Source of the DNA: Nitrospiria bacterium
GTDB taxonomy: Bacteria > Nitrospirota > Nitrospiria > JACQBW01
Reading direction: 5' to 3'
Length of the DNA: 64,000 nucleotides
Assembly (NCBI GenBank): GCA_041486115.1
Contig: JBGPKT010000001.1
Span: 405 to 64,404, forward strand
The position numbers were made by a program, and so were the translations under genes. How positions within the stretch are numbered: position 1 is the first letter of the stretch; every line of letters starts with the position of its first letter. This document shows positions 37,412 to 48,871 of this stretch, piece by piece. Below the pieces are notes generated by a model, which was given only the letters and a program-made list of their open reading frames with translations, made no database searches and had not been told where the DNA came from.

Positions 37412-38902
37412 ATGGAAGAAATCAATGAGTCAAACGACCAGGTCGCGGAACGGCTTAAAAAAGTAGAAAAATTAAAAGAACTGGGCATTTCCCCGTACGG
37501 AAATAAATTTACAGGAGCGACTCCGGTCAAAGAACTCGTTTCTCAATTCGGCGCATTTACCCGCGACCAATTGCATGATAAACCTGTACAAGCCGTTGTG
37601 GCAGGCCGGATGATGAGTTCAAGGCGGTTTGGGAAGGCGGCGTTTTCCCATCTGCAGGACCATTCGGGTAAAATCCAGGTCTATTTTAAAAAAGATATTT
37701 TGGGAGAAACCCAGTATCAGGTCTTTGAACTGCTCGACCTTGGCGATATTATCGGCGTCGAAGGGAATCTCTTCCGGACTAAAACCGATGAATTTACGCT
37801 CGAAGTCAAAAAATTAACCTTTTTAACCAAAGCGCTCCGCCCCCTCCCAGAAAAATGGCATGGCCTGACCGATGTCGAAATACGATACCGCCAGCGTTAT
37901 CTCGATCTGATCGTTAATCCTGAAGTCAAAGAAATCTTTTTAAAAAGGATCAAGATCATCGACTTGATACGGAGTTATTTAAACCAGAAGGGGTTCGTTG
38001 AAGTTGAAACCCCGATGATGCATGCAAAAGCCGGGGGGGCCACCGCAAAACCTTTTATTACACATCATCATGCGCTGAATATTCCTCTGTTTCTCCGGAT
38101 CGCGCCGGAACTCTATTTGAAACGGCTGATCGTAGGAGGCTTTAACCGGGTGTATGAAATTAACCGGAACTTCAGAAATGAGGGGATTTCGACCACCCAT
38201 AACCCTGAATTTACGATGCTCGAGTTTTATATGGCGTATGCCGACTACAACGACCTGATGGCGTTGACCGAGGAGATGATCAGCCAGATTACCCGGGAAA
38301 TTTTGGGGACATTAAAATTCAACTACGACGGCGAGGAACTCGATTTGACCCCCCCCTGGAAACGCCTGTCGTATTACGAAGGGTTATCGTCCTACACATC
38401 GTTTATACCCGACATGGCAAAAAACAGGGCCGCCGTCATCCGGCTTGCGGAAGAAAATCATATCAAATTCAATGAAAAACTTTCCACCGCTAAAATTCTG
38501 AACGAAATATTTGAAGGTAAAGTCGAAACCCAATTGAGGCAGCCGACTTTTATCACCGACTTTCCGACCGAGATCTCCCCGCTTGCCCGGAGGAAGAAAG
38601 AAAACCCGGAGTTGACCGAACGTTTTGAGCTCTTTGTCGTCTCCCGGGAGATTGCCAATGCTTTTTCAGAACTGAACGACCCGATCGATCAGAGGAAAAG
38701 GTTCGAAGATCAAATGGCCCTGCGCGCCATGGGGGATGAAGAAGCCCAGGAGATTGACGAGGACTTTTTAAGAGCCCTCGAACATGGCCTCCCGCCGACA
38801 GCCGGCGAAGGGATCGGCATCGACCGGCTGGTCATGTTATTAACCCAATCGGTCTCCATCAGGGATGTGATTTTATTCCCGCAGATGAAACCTGAAAAAT
38901 AG
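37412..38902 (+). CDS. lysS: lysine--tRNA ligase (class II)
   Basis: 496 aa: OB anticodon-binding domain plus class II motifs (FRNEG, GIGIDRLVM). Confidence 0.93.
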   Translation: MEEINESNDQVAERLKKVEKLKELGISPYGNKFTGATPVKELVSQFGAFTRDQLHDKPVQAVVAGRMMSSRRFGKAAFSHLQDHSGKIQVYFKKDILGETQYQVFELLDLGDIIGVEGNLFRTKTDEFTLEVKKLTFLTKALRPLPEKWHGLTDVEIRYRQRYLDLIVNPEVKEIFLKRIKIIDLIRSYLNQKGFVEVETPMMHAKAGGATAKPFITHHHALNIPLFLRIAPELYLKRLIVGGFNRVYEINRNFRNEGISTTHNPEFTMLEFYMAYADYNDLMALTEEMISQITREILGTLKFNYDGEELDLTPPWKRLSYYEGLSSYTSFIPDMAKNRAAVIRLAEENHIKFNEKLSTAKILNEIFEGKVETQLRQPTFITDFPTEISPLARRKKENPELTERFELFVVSREIANAFSELNDPIDQRKRFEDQMALRAMGDEEAQEIDEDFLRALEHGLPPTAGEGIGIDRLVMLLTQSVSIRDVILFPQMKPEK

Positions 38903-38908
38903 AGAGCC

Positions 38909-40159
38909 ATGTTCAAGAACCTCCCTTATGAATTTCATATCAGCTTCCGGTACCTGCTGGCCAAAAAGCGGCATAAGACCCTTTCTTTGAATACCTTTAT
39001 TTCGATCGCCGGGATCACGCTCGGGACTGCCGCGTTGATGGCCACTCTGGCCGTGATGACCGGATTTAAGGAAGACCTCCGCGAAAAAATTCTGGGGACC
39101 AATTCGCATATCGTGATAACCGACCGGCTGAAAGAGTCGATTGAACAATATCCGAAATTACTGGAAGGGGTTCGCCAGACGCCCCATGTGGTTGCGGCAA
39201 CCCCTTTTATCTATAATCAGGTCCTTCTCAGCTCGGAATCGAACGTCCACGGGGTCGTCCTCCGGGGGGTCGACACGCAGACCGAAGGGTCGATTACGGA
39301 TATTCAGAAAAATCTGATCGAGGGGAAGCTCTCCGATCTCGATCTTGACCATCCGGCCGAAAACAAAGTCATCTTCCCGTCGATTATCATCGGGAAGGAA
39401 CTGGCCATCCGCCTCGGCGTATTCACCGGAGACAAGATCAATGTGATCTCTCCTGTCGGCGAAACCGGGCCGTTCGGACTGATCCCCCGGATGAAGCGGT
39501 TTCAGGTGGCTGGAATTTTTGACTCCGGCTTTTATGAATACGACTCCTCTCTCGCCTATATTTCAATTAAAAACGCGCAGGATTTTTTCAAAATGGGAAA
39601 TGCCGTCACCGGGGTCGAAGTCAGGGTGGATGATTATTTTAATGCCGGGACGATTGCCAGAGCCATTGAATCGAAAGTTGGATTTCCCTATCAGGCAAGA
39701 GACTGGATGAGGTTGAATAAAAATCTCTTCACCGCGCTCCAGCTCGAAAAAGCGGTCATGTTTATTATCCTGGCGCTCATTATCCTCGTCGCCTCTTTTA
39801 ATATTATCGGGATCCTCACCATGATGGTGGTGGAAAAAAGATCTGAAATCGCTATTTTAAGGGCCATGGGAGCCACGCGTAAAAGCATTATGATGATTTT
39901 TATGCTCGAAGGGACGACGATCGGAATCGTCGGGACCCTCATCGGCATTCCTCTGGGTTATGCGATTTGCGCGCTGATTCCGATGATTTATACCCTCCCG
40001 AGCGATGTCTATTACATCAGCCATATCCCGGTTAAAATCAGGGAAGTGGATGTCTTGCTGGTCTCTCTTTCTGCGATTTTAATCAGTTTTGCGGCGACCC
40101 TTTATCCTTCGCTTCAGGCGGGAAACCTTAAGCCGGTCGAAGCGCTTCGTTATGAATAA
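38909..40159 (+). CDS. lipoprotein-releasing ABC transporter permease (LolC/LolE family)
   Basis: 416 aa: MacB-like periplasmic domain plus FtsX C-terminal helices. Followed by lolD with an 8-nt overlap. Confidence 0.88.
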   Translation: MFKNLPYEFHISFRYLLAKKRHKTLSLNTFISIAGITLGTAALMATLAVMTGFKEDLREKILGTNSHIVITDRLKESIEQYPKLLEGVRQTPHVVAATPFIYNQVLLSSESNVHGVVLRGVDTQTEGSITDIQKNLIEGKLSDLDLDHPAENKVIFPSIIIGKELAIRLGVFTGDKINVISPVGETGPFGLIPRMKRFQVAGIFDSGFYEYDSSLAYISIKNAQDFFKMGNAVTGVEVRVDDYFNAGTIARAIESKVGFPYQARDWMRLNKNLFTALQLEKAVMFIILALIILVASFNIIGILTMMVVEKRSEIAILRAMGATRKSIMMIFMLEGTTIGIVGTLIGIPLGYAICALIPMIYTLPSDVYYISHIPVKIREVDVLLVSLSAILISFAATLYPSLQAGNLKPVEALRYE

Positions 40160-40841
40160 CCACGCGCCGATTCTACTCGAAATCAAAAATCTGACCAAAC
40201 ATTTTACCCTGAACTTCCATCACATCGAGGTCCTCAGAGGGATCAATTTAACGGTCCGCCAGGGGGAGTTCCTCTCGATCATGGGGGCCTCAGGCGTCGG
40301 GAAAAGCACCCTGCTTCATCTATTGGGGGCACTCGATCTCCCCACCTCGGGAGAGATTTTTTTTGAAGGGAAAGATATCACGCGGCTGGGGGAATCGGCA
40401 CTGGCCGACTTCAGGAACAAAAAGGTCGGATTTGTCTTCCAGTTTCATCACCTCCTCCCCGAATTCACGGCAATGGAAAATGCCGCAATGGCCGCGATCA
40501 TTCAGGGAATATCGAAAAAAGAGTCCCTCGGGCTGGCTAAAGAGATGCTGGAGGAAGTCGGACTCGGAAAACGGCTGGAACATAAGCCGGGAGAACTTTC
40601 GGGCGGGGAACAACAGCGGGTAGCGGTGGCAAGGGCCCTTCTTTTGCATCCGGCTCTGGTTTTGGCCGACGAACCGACCGGAAACCTCGACTCACGCACC
40701 AGCATGGAGGTCTTCCATCTTCTGCAAAAACTGAACAAAGAAAGAAACGTCACCTTTATTCTGGTGACGCATAACGAAAAAATCGGCGCCGGGGGAGACC
40801 GTCTTTTTGAAATGGTCGACGGGAGCATCAAAGAAAAATAA
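40152..40841 (+). CDS. lolD: lipoprotein-releasing system ATP-binding protein LolD
   Basis: Walker A GASGVGKST, signature LSGGEQQRVAVARAL, Walker B LVLADEP. Start set at MNNHAPILLEIKNL; the track ORF begins at 40089. Confidence 0.9.
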   Translation: MNNHAPILLEIKNLTKHFTLNFHHIEVLRGINLTVRQGEFLSIMGASGVGKSTLLHLLGALDLPTSGEIFFEGKDITRLGESALADFRNKKVGFVFQFHHLLPEFTAMENAAMAAIIQGISKKESLGLAKEMLEEVGLGKRLEHKPGELSGGEQQRVAVARALLLHPALVLADEPTGNLDSRTSMEVFHLLQKLNKERNVTFILVTHNEKIGAGGDRLFEMVDGSIKEK

Positions 40842-40847
40842 ACAATA

Positions 40848-40876
40848 GAAAAGGGGCCGATGCCCCGCCCCTTTTC
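40848..40876. terminator. bidirectional hairpin terminator between convergent lolD and 40905..41216
   Basis: GAAAAGGGGC-9 nt-GCCCCTTTTC, a 10-bp stem flanked by A/T runs. Confidence 0.7.
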
Positions 40877-40904
40877 TACAACAGTTTTCCGTTTAAAAAA
40901 TACC

Positions 40905-41216
40905 TTATCTTCCTTCTTGCGGGTGAACCGGTTCCAAAGCTGTCGCTGAATCCTGGGCATTCGAATCATGTATTTCGGATACTACCGATTCATGCTCTTC
41001 CGCTGCATCAGATTCATGTCCTTCGTCAGCATCCAATCCATGGGTTTCTGATTCCAACTCGCCAATTTCATTCTCAGCATGACCGGTAGAATTGTCAGTC
41101 ACTTCTGTGGCTGTTCCATCACGGTCCGTGTCTCCGTCAACCGCAAACGCTGAACTGGCAAAGGATAACCCAATCGTTAAACTTGCGATAAATAAAAACC
41201 CGAAAAGTTTATTCAT
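40905..41216 (-). CDS. small secreted acidic His/Asp/Glu-rich protein
   Basis: Signal peptide MNKLFGFLFIASLTIGLSFASSAFA; the mature part is about 40 percent D/E/H (HGLDADEGHESDAAEEHES). Confidence 0.5.
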   Translation of the reverse strand: MNKLFGFLFIASLTIGLSFASSAFAVDGDTDRDGTATEVTDNSTGHAENEIGELESETHGLDADEGHESDAAEEHESVVSEIHDSNAQDSATALEPVHPQEGR

Positions 41217-41431
41217 TCTAGTCTCCCTATAATAGTAGAGTCACTAATATGAAACTTAAATAAATTTTTAAGTTTCGTTTGTTATTTTTAAATTGCATAA
41301 ACCATACCAATTTAAATTACGGTTTTAATAATTATAATTCATTGAAAAACCAGAGTATTTTAAAAAACATGCAGAATGAGCTTATTTTTTTTATAAACAT
41401 CCGCCGAAAATTCAGCAATCTGACAGGTTTT

Positions 41432-42367
41432 TTAAGTCCTCCGGCCAAGCAATTTCCCTTTGCTCCCCTTCCAAATCACTAAAATCGGGCTGGCAACAAA
41501 TATCGAAGAATAGGTCCCGATAATCACGCCTAATAAGAGCGCAAACGAAAAGTCATGAATGACCTCCCCGCCAAAAAAGAAGAGAGCAAGCAAAACAAGA
41601 AAAACCGTTAAAGAAACTACAATGGTACGGCTTAACACCTGATTAATCCCTTTATTGATAATCTGATCAAGGCTCTCTTTGTGTCTAAACCTCAGATTTT
41701 CCCTGATCCGGTCAAAAACAACGACCGTATCGGTTAAGGAATACCCCGCAAGAGTCAGCAGAGCGGTCACAATGAGTAGAGTAATCTCATGGTTCAAAAT
41801 GTAAAAAATGCCGAGTACCCCCAGAACATCATGAAACGTGGCAATGGCGGCGGCGACGCCGAATCTGAACTCAAAACGGAAAGCGATATAAAGAATGATT
41901 CCAAACATCGCAATCCCCACCGCCAGGAGGGCATCTTTTTGAAGTTTTTGTCCGATCGTCGGGCCGATCTCTGCGCTGCTGTCAACGACAAAATGGTTGT
42001 CAGGCATCTCCTTTGTAAAGATGGCCACGATCCTTTCGGCGGCCTTTTCCTGGATCGCCGTCTGTTTCTTGATCCGGATCAGGAGTTTATTTCCTTCCGA
42101 AAAATTCTGAAGCTCGGCCTCTTTCAGACCGTTTTTTTCGAGAGTTTGCCTCGCCTCTTCAATTTTCACCGGATGGTCAAACTTGAGCTGGACCGCAGTC
42201 CCTCCGGCAAAGTCGATTCCCATATTCGCTTTTCCCATGGCAATCGCTATCAGCGCAACCAGCCCCAGGGACACCAGGATTCCGGAAAAGATAAAGGCAA
42301 ATTTCCGTTTTCCCGTAAAATCAATGTTGGTTTTACCCAATAATTCAATCATTCCTTTTCCTTTCAC
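41432..42367 (-). CDS. secF: protein translocase subunit SecF
   Basis: 311 aa: six TM helices, SecD/SecF family motifs (FEFRFGVAAAIATFHDV). Confidence 0.9.
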   Translation of the reverse strand: MKGKGMIELLGKTNIDFTGKRKFAFIFSGILVSLGLVALIAIAMGKANMGIDFAGGTAVQLKFDHPVKIEEARQTLEKNGLKEAELQNFSEGNKLLIRIKKQTAIQEKAAERIVAIFTKEMPDNHFVVDSSAEIGPTIGQKLQKDALLAVGIAMFGIILYIAFRFEFRFGVAAAIATFHDVLGVLGIFYILNHEITLLIVTALLTLAGYSLTDTVVVFDRIRENLRFRHKESLDQIINKGINQVLSRTIVVSLTVFLVLLALFFFGGEVIHDFSFALLLGVIIGTYSSIFVASPILVIWKGSKGKLLGRRT

Positions 42368-42368
42368 G

Positions 42369-44009
42369 TCAGATGCTGAGTCTTTCGAGTTTTCTTCTGG
42401 AGTTAATCAGATCAAAGATCACTTTGGTACCCACCAGAGAGGTAAAGAGGTTAATCGTCACGCCAAGGCTTAACGACACAGCAAACCCCTTGATCGGGCC
42501 GGTTCCGAAAATAAAGAGGACCAATGCCGTAATCAAGGTCGTGACGTGCGAATCAATAATGGTTAAAAAAGCCTTGTCATAGCCTGCGTCAATCGCAAGC
42601 CGGACCGGCTTCCCCAGCCGGAGCTCCTCCCGCATCCTCTCAAAGATCAGTACATTCGAGTCGACCGACATGCCGATCGTCAAAATAATCCCGGCAATAC
42701 CCGGAAGGGTCAGCGTGGCATTCATCGCCGCCAGGGCTCCGATCAATAAAATCACGTTTAAACCCAGGGCAAAATCGGCGATGACACCCGCCATCCGGTA
42801 ATAAAATGCCATGAATATGACGACCAGAAGCGTTCCCCACTTTGCCGCCCGGATCCCCATATTGATCGAATCCTGTCCTAACGAGGGGCCCACGGTGACA
42901 TTTTGAATAATGCTGACCGGCGCGGGAAGCGCTCCGGCGCGGAGAACGATGGCCAGCGCCGTCGCCTCTTCGGGGCTGAATCCTCCCGTGATTTGCGCTC
43001 TACCTCCGCCGATCCGGTCTTGAATCACCGGCGCGGAATAGACATTCCGGTCTAAAATAATGGCCAGCCGTTTTTTAATATTATCTCCCGTAATGGTTTC
43101 AAACAACCGGGCTCCGGTACGGTCAAACGTGATGGAGACATACGGTTTATTGAAATCGTCAAAAGACATCCGGGCGTCGCTCAACAGATCTCCCGTCATC
43201 AGCGTCCGTTTTTTAGCTAAAAAAGGGCGTTTGGTGATAGCCTGGGTCTCTTTATCGACCACCCTTTCAAAGAGGATTTCATCCCCTTCGGGTATTTTAG
43301 CCCCCCATTCCATCATCTTTGCGGCTTCTTCTTCCGGTCTAATGCTGGCCGGAAGCTCCCGCTCCATAGGATTCTCATCATCCAATAGCTTGAATTCCAG
43401 AACCGCCGTCGTTTTAATCAGATCGAGCGCCTGCTTGGGATTTTTAACCCCCGGGAGTTGGATCAGGATCTGGTTGGTCCCCTGCCTCTGGATGAGCGGC
43501 TCGGCCACGCCGAACTGATCAATACGGTTCCGGATGGTCTCCATCGATTGAGCCACGGCATTTTCCTTGATTCGTTTGACTTCATCCGTTGGGAGGGTAA
43601 GAACAATTCCCGTCTCTCTGGTTTCCTTGACCGTGAGAGAAGGAAACTGTTCGCCGATGAGTTTAACGAGAGGATCTTTCCCCTCTTTTTTCGCCGTTTC
43701 AAGCGTCAGTTCAACCGGACCTGTTTTTTTGATCCCCGCCAGGTCTAACTTCTTTTCGCCGGCCGCATCTTTAATCCCGGTCATCATCCGGTCGAGATTA
43801 TTATCGACGGCCCGGTCTTCTTCCACCTCAAGAACGAGATGGATCCCGCCCTGAAGATCCAGTCCCATAGTAATCCCTTTGTTCGGAAAGTAATTTCCCC
43901 ACCAGGCCGGAAGCAATGAAAAGTAACGCGTTGACGGCAAAAAGAAGACGATGGATAAAAATACGGTTAAGACAATTAAAACAACTCGCGTATTGATCCC
44001 TTTTTTCAT
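42369..44009 (-). CDS. secD: protein translocase subunit SecD
   Basis: Start set at MKKGINTRVV with AGGAGA SD; the track ORF extends to 44108. Periplasmic P1 domain plus SecD TM domain. Confidence 0.9.
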   Translation of the reverse strand: MKKGINTRVVLIVLTVFLSIVFFLPSTRYFSLLPAWWGNYFPNKGITMGLDLQGGIHLVLEVEEDRAVDNNLDRMMTGIKDAAGEKKLDLAGIKKTGPVELTLETAKKEGKDPLVKLIGEQFPSLTVKETRETGIVLTLPTDEVKRIKENAVAQSMETIRNRIDQFGVAEPLIQRQGTNQILIQLPGVKNPKQALDLIKTTAVLEFKLLDDENPMERELPASIRPEEEAAKMMEWGAKIPEGDEILFERVVDKETQAITKRPFLAKKRTLMTGDLLSDARMSFDDFNKPYVSITFDRTGARLFETITGDNIKKRLAIILDRNVYSAPVIQDRIGGGRAQITGGFSPEEATALAIVLRAGALPAPVSIIQNVTVGPSLGQDSINMGIRAAKWGTLLVVIFMAFYYRMAGVIADFALGLNVILLIGALAAMNATLTLPGIAGIILTIGMSVDSNVLIFERMREELRLGKPVRLAIDAGYDKAFLTIIDSHVTTLITALVLFIFGTGPIKGFAVSLSLGVTINLFTSLVGTKVIFDLINSRRKLERLSI

Positions 44010-44045
44010 AATGATTGTTCTCCTTGTGAAATCCTCCGATGGTCC

Positions 44046-44111
44046 GGGGTGCTCACTGGCTCGCACCCGTGCTCGAGCTTGTTGGCACTTTCTCGTGCCA
44101 AAGCGCACCCC
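44046..44111 (-). other. GC-rich structured yajC-secD intergenic element with alternative pairings
   Basis: GGGGTGC (44046-52) can pair with GCACCC (44063-68) or GCACCCC (44105-11). An inner hairpin GGCAC-6 nt-GTGCC lies at 44084-44099. Confidence 0.35.
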
Positions 44112-44128
44112 CTTGCCCCTCGTTGTTT

Positions 44129-44464
44129 TTATTTTTCAGAAGTCTGTTCTTCGTCGGGTTTTCTCAAACCGGTAATGCCGTCCCGGATCACTTTAATTTT
44201 TACGTTGTCCGCCACCTGCAGAGTAATCACATCCTGGGCGATCCCTGTGACGGTGCCGATAACCCCTCCGATGGTGACTACCCGGTCCCCTTTTTTAAGG
44301 GCTTCAAGCATTTTTTTAAGGCTTTTTGCCTTTTTTTGCTGAGGAAGAATTAAAAGAAAGTAAAAGACCACAAAAATCAACGCAAAAGGGATTAACGTCG
44401 CCAGAATGCTCCCTTCAGATCCTCCCGCAGGAGCTGCCTGAGCGTAAGCCAGTGAATTAAACAT
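44129..44464 (-). CDS. yajC: preprotein translocase subunit YajC
   Basis: Start set at MFNSLAYAQ with AAGGAGAG SD. ILPQQKKAK...GDRVVTIGGVIGTV is typical YajC. Confidence 0.85.
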   Translation of the reverse strand: MFNSLAYAQAAPAGGSEGSILATLIPFALIFVVFYFLLILPQQKKAKSLKKMLEALKKGDRVVTIGGVIGTVTGIAQDVITLQVADNVKIKVIRDGITGLRKPDEEQTSEK

Positions 44465-44493
44465 GATTTCTCTCCTTGTTTTTGAGCTTTGAC

Positions 44494-47261
<2,768 letters not shown>

Positions 47262-47524
47262 AGGTCAAAACAAACCCATCAATAAACGCCTTAGTATATT
47301 GATTTTACAGGAAAAGTCAAACGAGAAATGGTTAAATATCAAGGAATTTCAATCTGTAGCGCAAGGCGACAACCTGAAAAATGCTGTCGAGTGTGCCGAA
47401 GAAAAGCGATCGTTGGTGAGGTTTGGATTTACGGAAAAAGGTTGCTTTTACCAGGCCGTTACCAAATAAAGGATCGAGTCTTTTGTATGAAATATTTGTA
47501 CAAATAACAAAAGATTTGACCCCT

Positions 47525-47788
47525 TCATGCTTCTACAGGATTCGTCACCGTCACATTATAAGACCCCCGAGGTAAAGAGGTGTTGGACCAGTAGAAATAA
47601 AGTTTACCGCTGGAATAGTAAACAAACAGGGTTGTCGCTGTTGCTGCCGTCGTTGAAACCACGGTCGTTCCCCCCAATGTTCCCACTTTAATCGTTGCCC
47701 TAGGGACAAAGTTCGTCCCAAAAATTGCAACGGCGCCGCTTGCCGAGACCCCGTATGTCGGACCGGCAGGACTCACACCGGTAATCAA
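47525..47788 (-). CDS. isolated IPT/TIG-like domain ORF, probably a gene fragment
   Basis: 87 aa, TTG start, no signal peptide. ITGVSPAGPTYGVSASGAVAIFGTNF...GSYNVTVTNP resembles a single IPT/TIG fold. Confidence 0.35.
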   Translation of the reverse strand: MITGVSPAGPTYGVSASGAVAIFGTNFVPRATIKVGTLGGTTVVSTTAATATTLFVYYSSGKLYFYWSNTSLPRGSYNVTVTNPVEA

Positions 47789-47811
47789 AATAGGGACAAA
47801 AAATAGGGACA
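47787..47811. repeat. tandem direct repeat AAAATAGGGACA x2
   Basis: Copies at 47787-47798 and 47800-47811, immediately upstream of the IPT/TIG ORF. Confidence 0.6.
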
Positions 47812-47829
47812 GACACTATTTTCTTGACA

Positions 47830-47866
47830 TTTAGAGTGCATTTTAAATGCAAAAATGCACTCTAAA
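47830..47866. repeat. perfect 15-bp inverted repeat TTTAGAGTGCATTTT-N7-AAAATGCACTCTAAA
   Basis: Verified base by base. A TTGACA hexamer lies directly upstream (47824-47829). Confidence 0.8.
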
Positions 47867-47995
47867 TTAGTAGAGTCAGGTCTATTTAGTTGACTTGTTT
47901 GCTTTACGTCAGTAAGTAGACTGATGAAGTAAAGTTCCAGGAGGATGAGAATAAGGCAGACTTGGCCCTTTTGTTTACTACCCCCCCCACCCTAT

Positions 47996-48016
47996 CCTCC
48001 CCCACAAGTGGGGAGG
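47996..48016. repeat. REP-like GC hairpin CCTCCCCCAC-AA-GTGGGGAGG
   Basis: Stem-loop in the non-coding spacer downstream of vapC; a C8 run precedes it. Confidence 0.5.
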
Positions 48017-48061
48017 AAAGAAAGGAAGTAAATAATGGGGTCACAAGTGACGTGACATTTA

Positions 48062-48493
48062 TCAGGCGGGTTTTAGTTTAAAAGGGTTCTGGATCAGCAA
48101 ATTTCCAAAACGCTGGCCATGGTTAAAATCTTCACTAAGCAGAGAGGAAGCATTTCCGTGATTTCCGGCAACAACGATTAAGGCATCCCAGAATGAAATC
48201 TTCTGTTTTTCTTCAACCATGGATGCCTGAAGGATCATTTCATTATTAATTAAAACGACTTCCCACGTAAAATATTGCTGAATGATCTCACGGGCTTCAT
48301 TTTTTTTAAGAGGTTTTGGGATTTTCTTTGTTACATTAATATAAAACTCCTCCAATACCTGCGTGCTCAGGATCCCTTTTTTATTTTCCCAGAGGTCATT
48401 AATAATATTTCTGGCCAAAAAATGTTTTCCGTCGGCATCTTTGTCATGCGCATAAATAAGGATATTGGTATCAACGAAAGTCTTACCGCTCAT
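48062..48493 (-). CDS. vapC: type II toxin VapC (PIN-domain ribonuclease)
   Basis: PIN acidic residues in FVDTN, LEEF, WDAL, SEDF. Overlaps the antitoxin gene by 11 nt. Confidence 0.85.
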   Translation of the reverse strand: MSGKTFVDTNILIYAHDKDADGKHFLARNIINDLWENKKGILSTQVLEEFYINVTKKIPKPLKKNEAREIIQQYFTWEVVLINNEMILQASMVEEKQKISFWDALIVVAGNHGNASSLLSEDFNHGQRFGNLLIQNPFKLKPA

Positions 48494-48716
48494 GCAGTTC
48501 GTCCCGTAAAACCGCTTTTCTTCCGCCTAAAGAATACCCTATCGCTAACTTTTCCAGGGCCTTTTGTTTGGCTTTTTCATAGGCTTCTTCTTCGTAGACG
48601 ATCTTTTTCAGAAACTCCGATAAAAGTCCTGTTACCGAAGTTTCCTTCTGAGCGGCAAGGATTTTCGCTTTTTTAATTAAGGCTTTTTCAAGGCTGATCG
48701 TCAGATTCTGCTTCAT
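48483..48716 (-). CDS. type II antitoxin (ribbon-helix-helix-like, VapB-type)
   Basis: MKQNLTISLEKALIKKAKILAAQKETSVTGLLSEFL is RHH-like. Start set at the internal ATG of the 85-aa ORF. Confidence 0.7.
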   Translation of the reverse strand: MKQNLTISLEKALIKKAKILAAQKETSVTGLLSEFLKKIVYEEEAYEKAKQKALEKLAIGYSLGGRKAVLRDELHER

Positions 48717-48871
48717 GGGGTCAATCCTCAGGGGAACCATTTACACATGATTATGTATAACACGAAATACACGTGCTGTCAATGAAATCTCATTAATTGG
48801 AGAAACAAATAGAATGAAATGGAAAATATGGATTGAAGTTTCGAATGCGTTCTGATAAGTTTTAGAAAGAT

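Noticed and set aside
40502-40969. 155-aa minus-strand ORF overlapping lolD and the terminator
   Set aside because: It is antisense to lolD (clear ABC motifs) and reads through the intergenic hairpin.
41251-41276. AT-rich hairpin GAAACTTAAA-6 nt-TTTAAGTTTC as the secDF terminator
   Set aside because: The stem is entirely A/T-rich, and no U-tract follows on the transcribed (minus) strand. This is too weak to call.
41789-42343. 184-aa plus-strand ORF within secF
   Set aside because: It is antisense to secF and has low-complexity, basic composition.
44010-44108. N-terminal extension of secD (ORF track start 44108); similar extensions of yajC (44539), lolD (40089), acs (57213) and purS (13306)
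   Set aside because: Internal ATGs with good SD sequences coincide with the conserved protein N-termini. The extensions overlap upstream genes or structured spacers.
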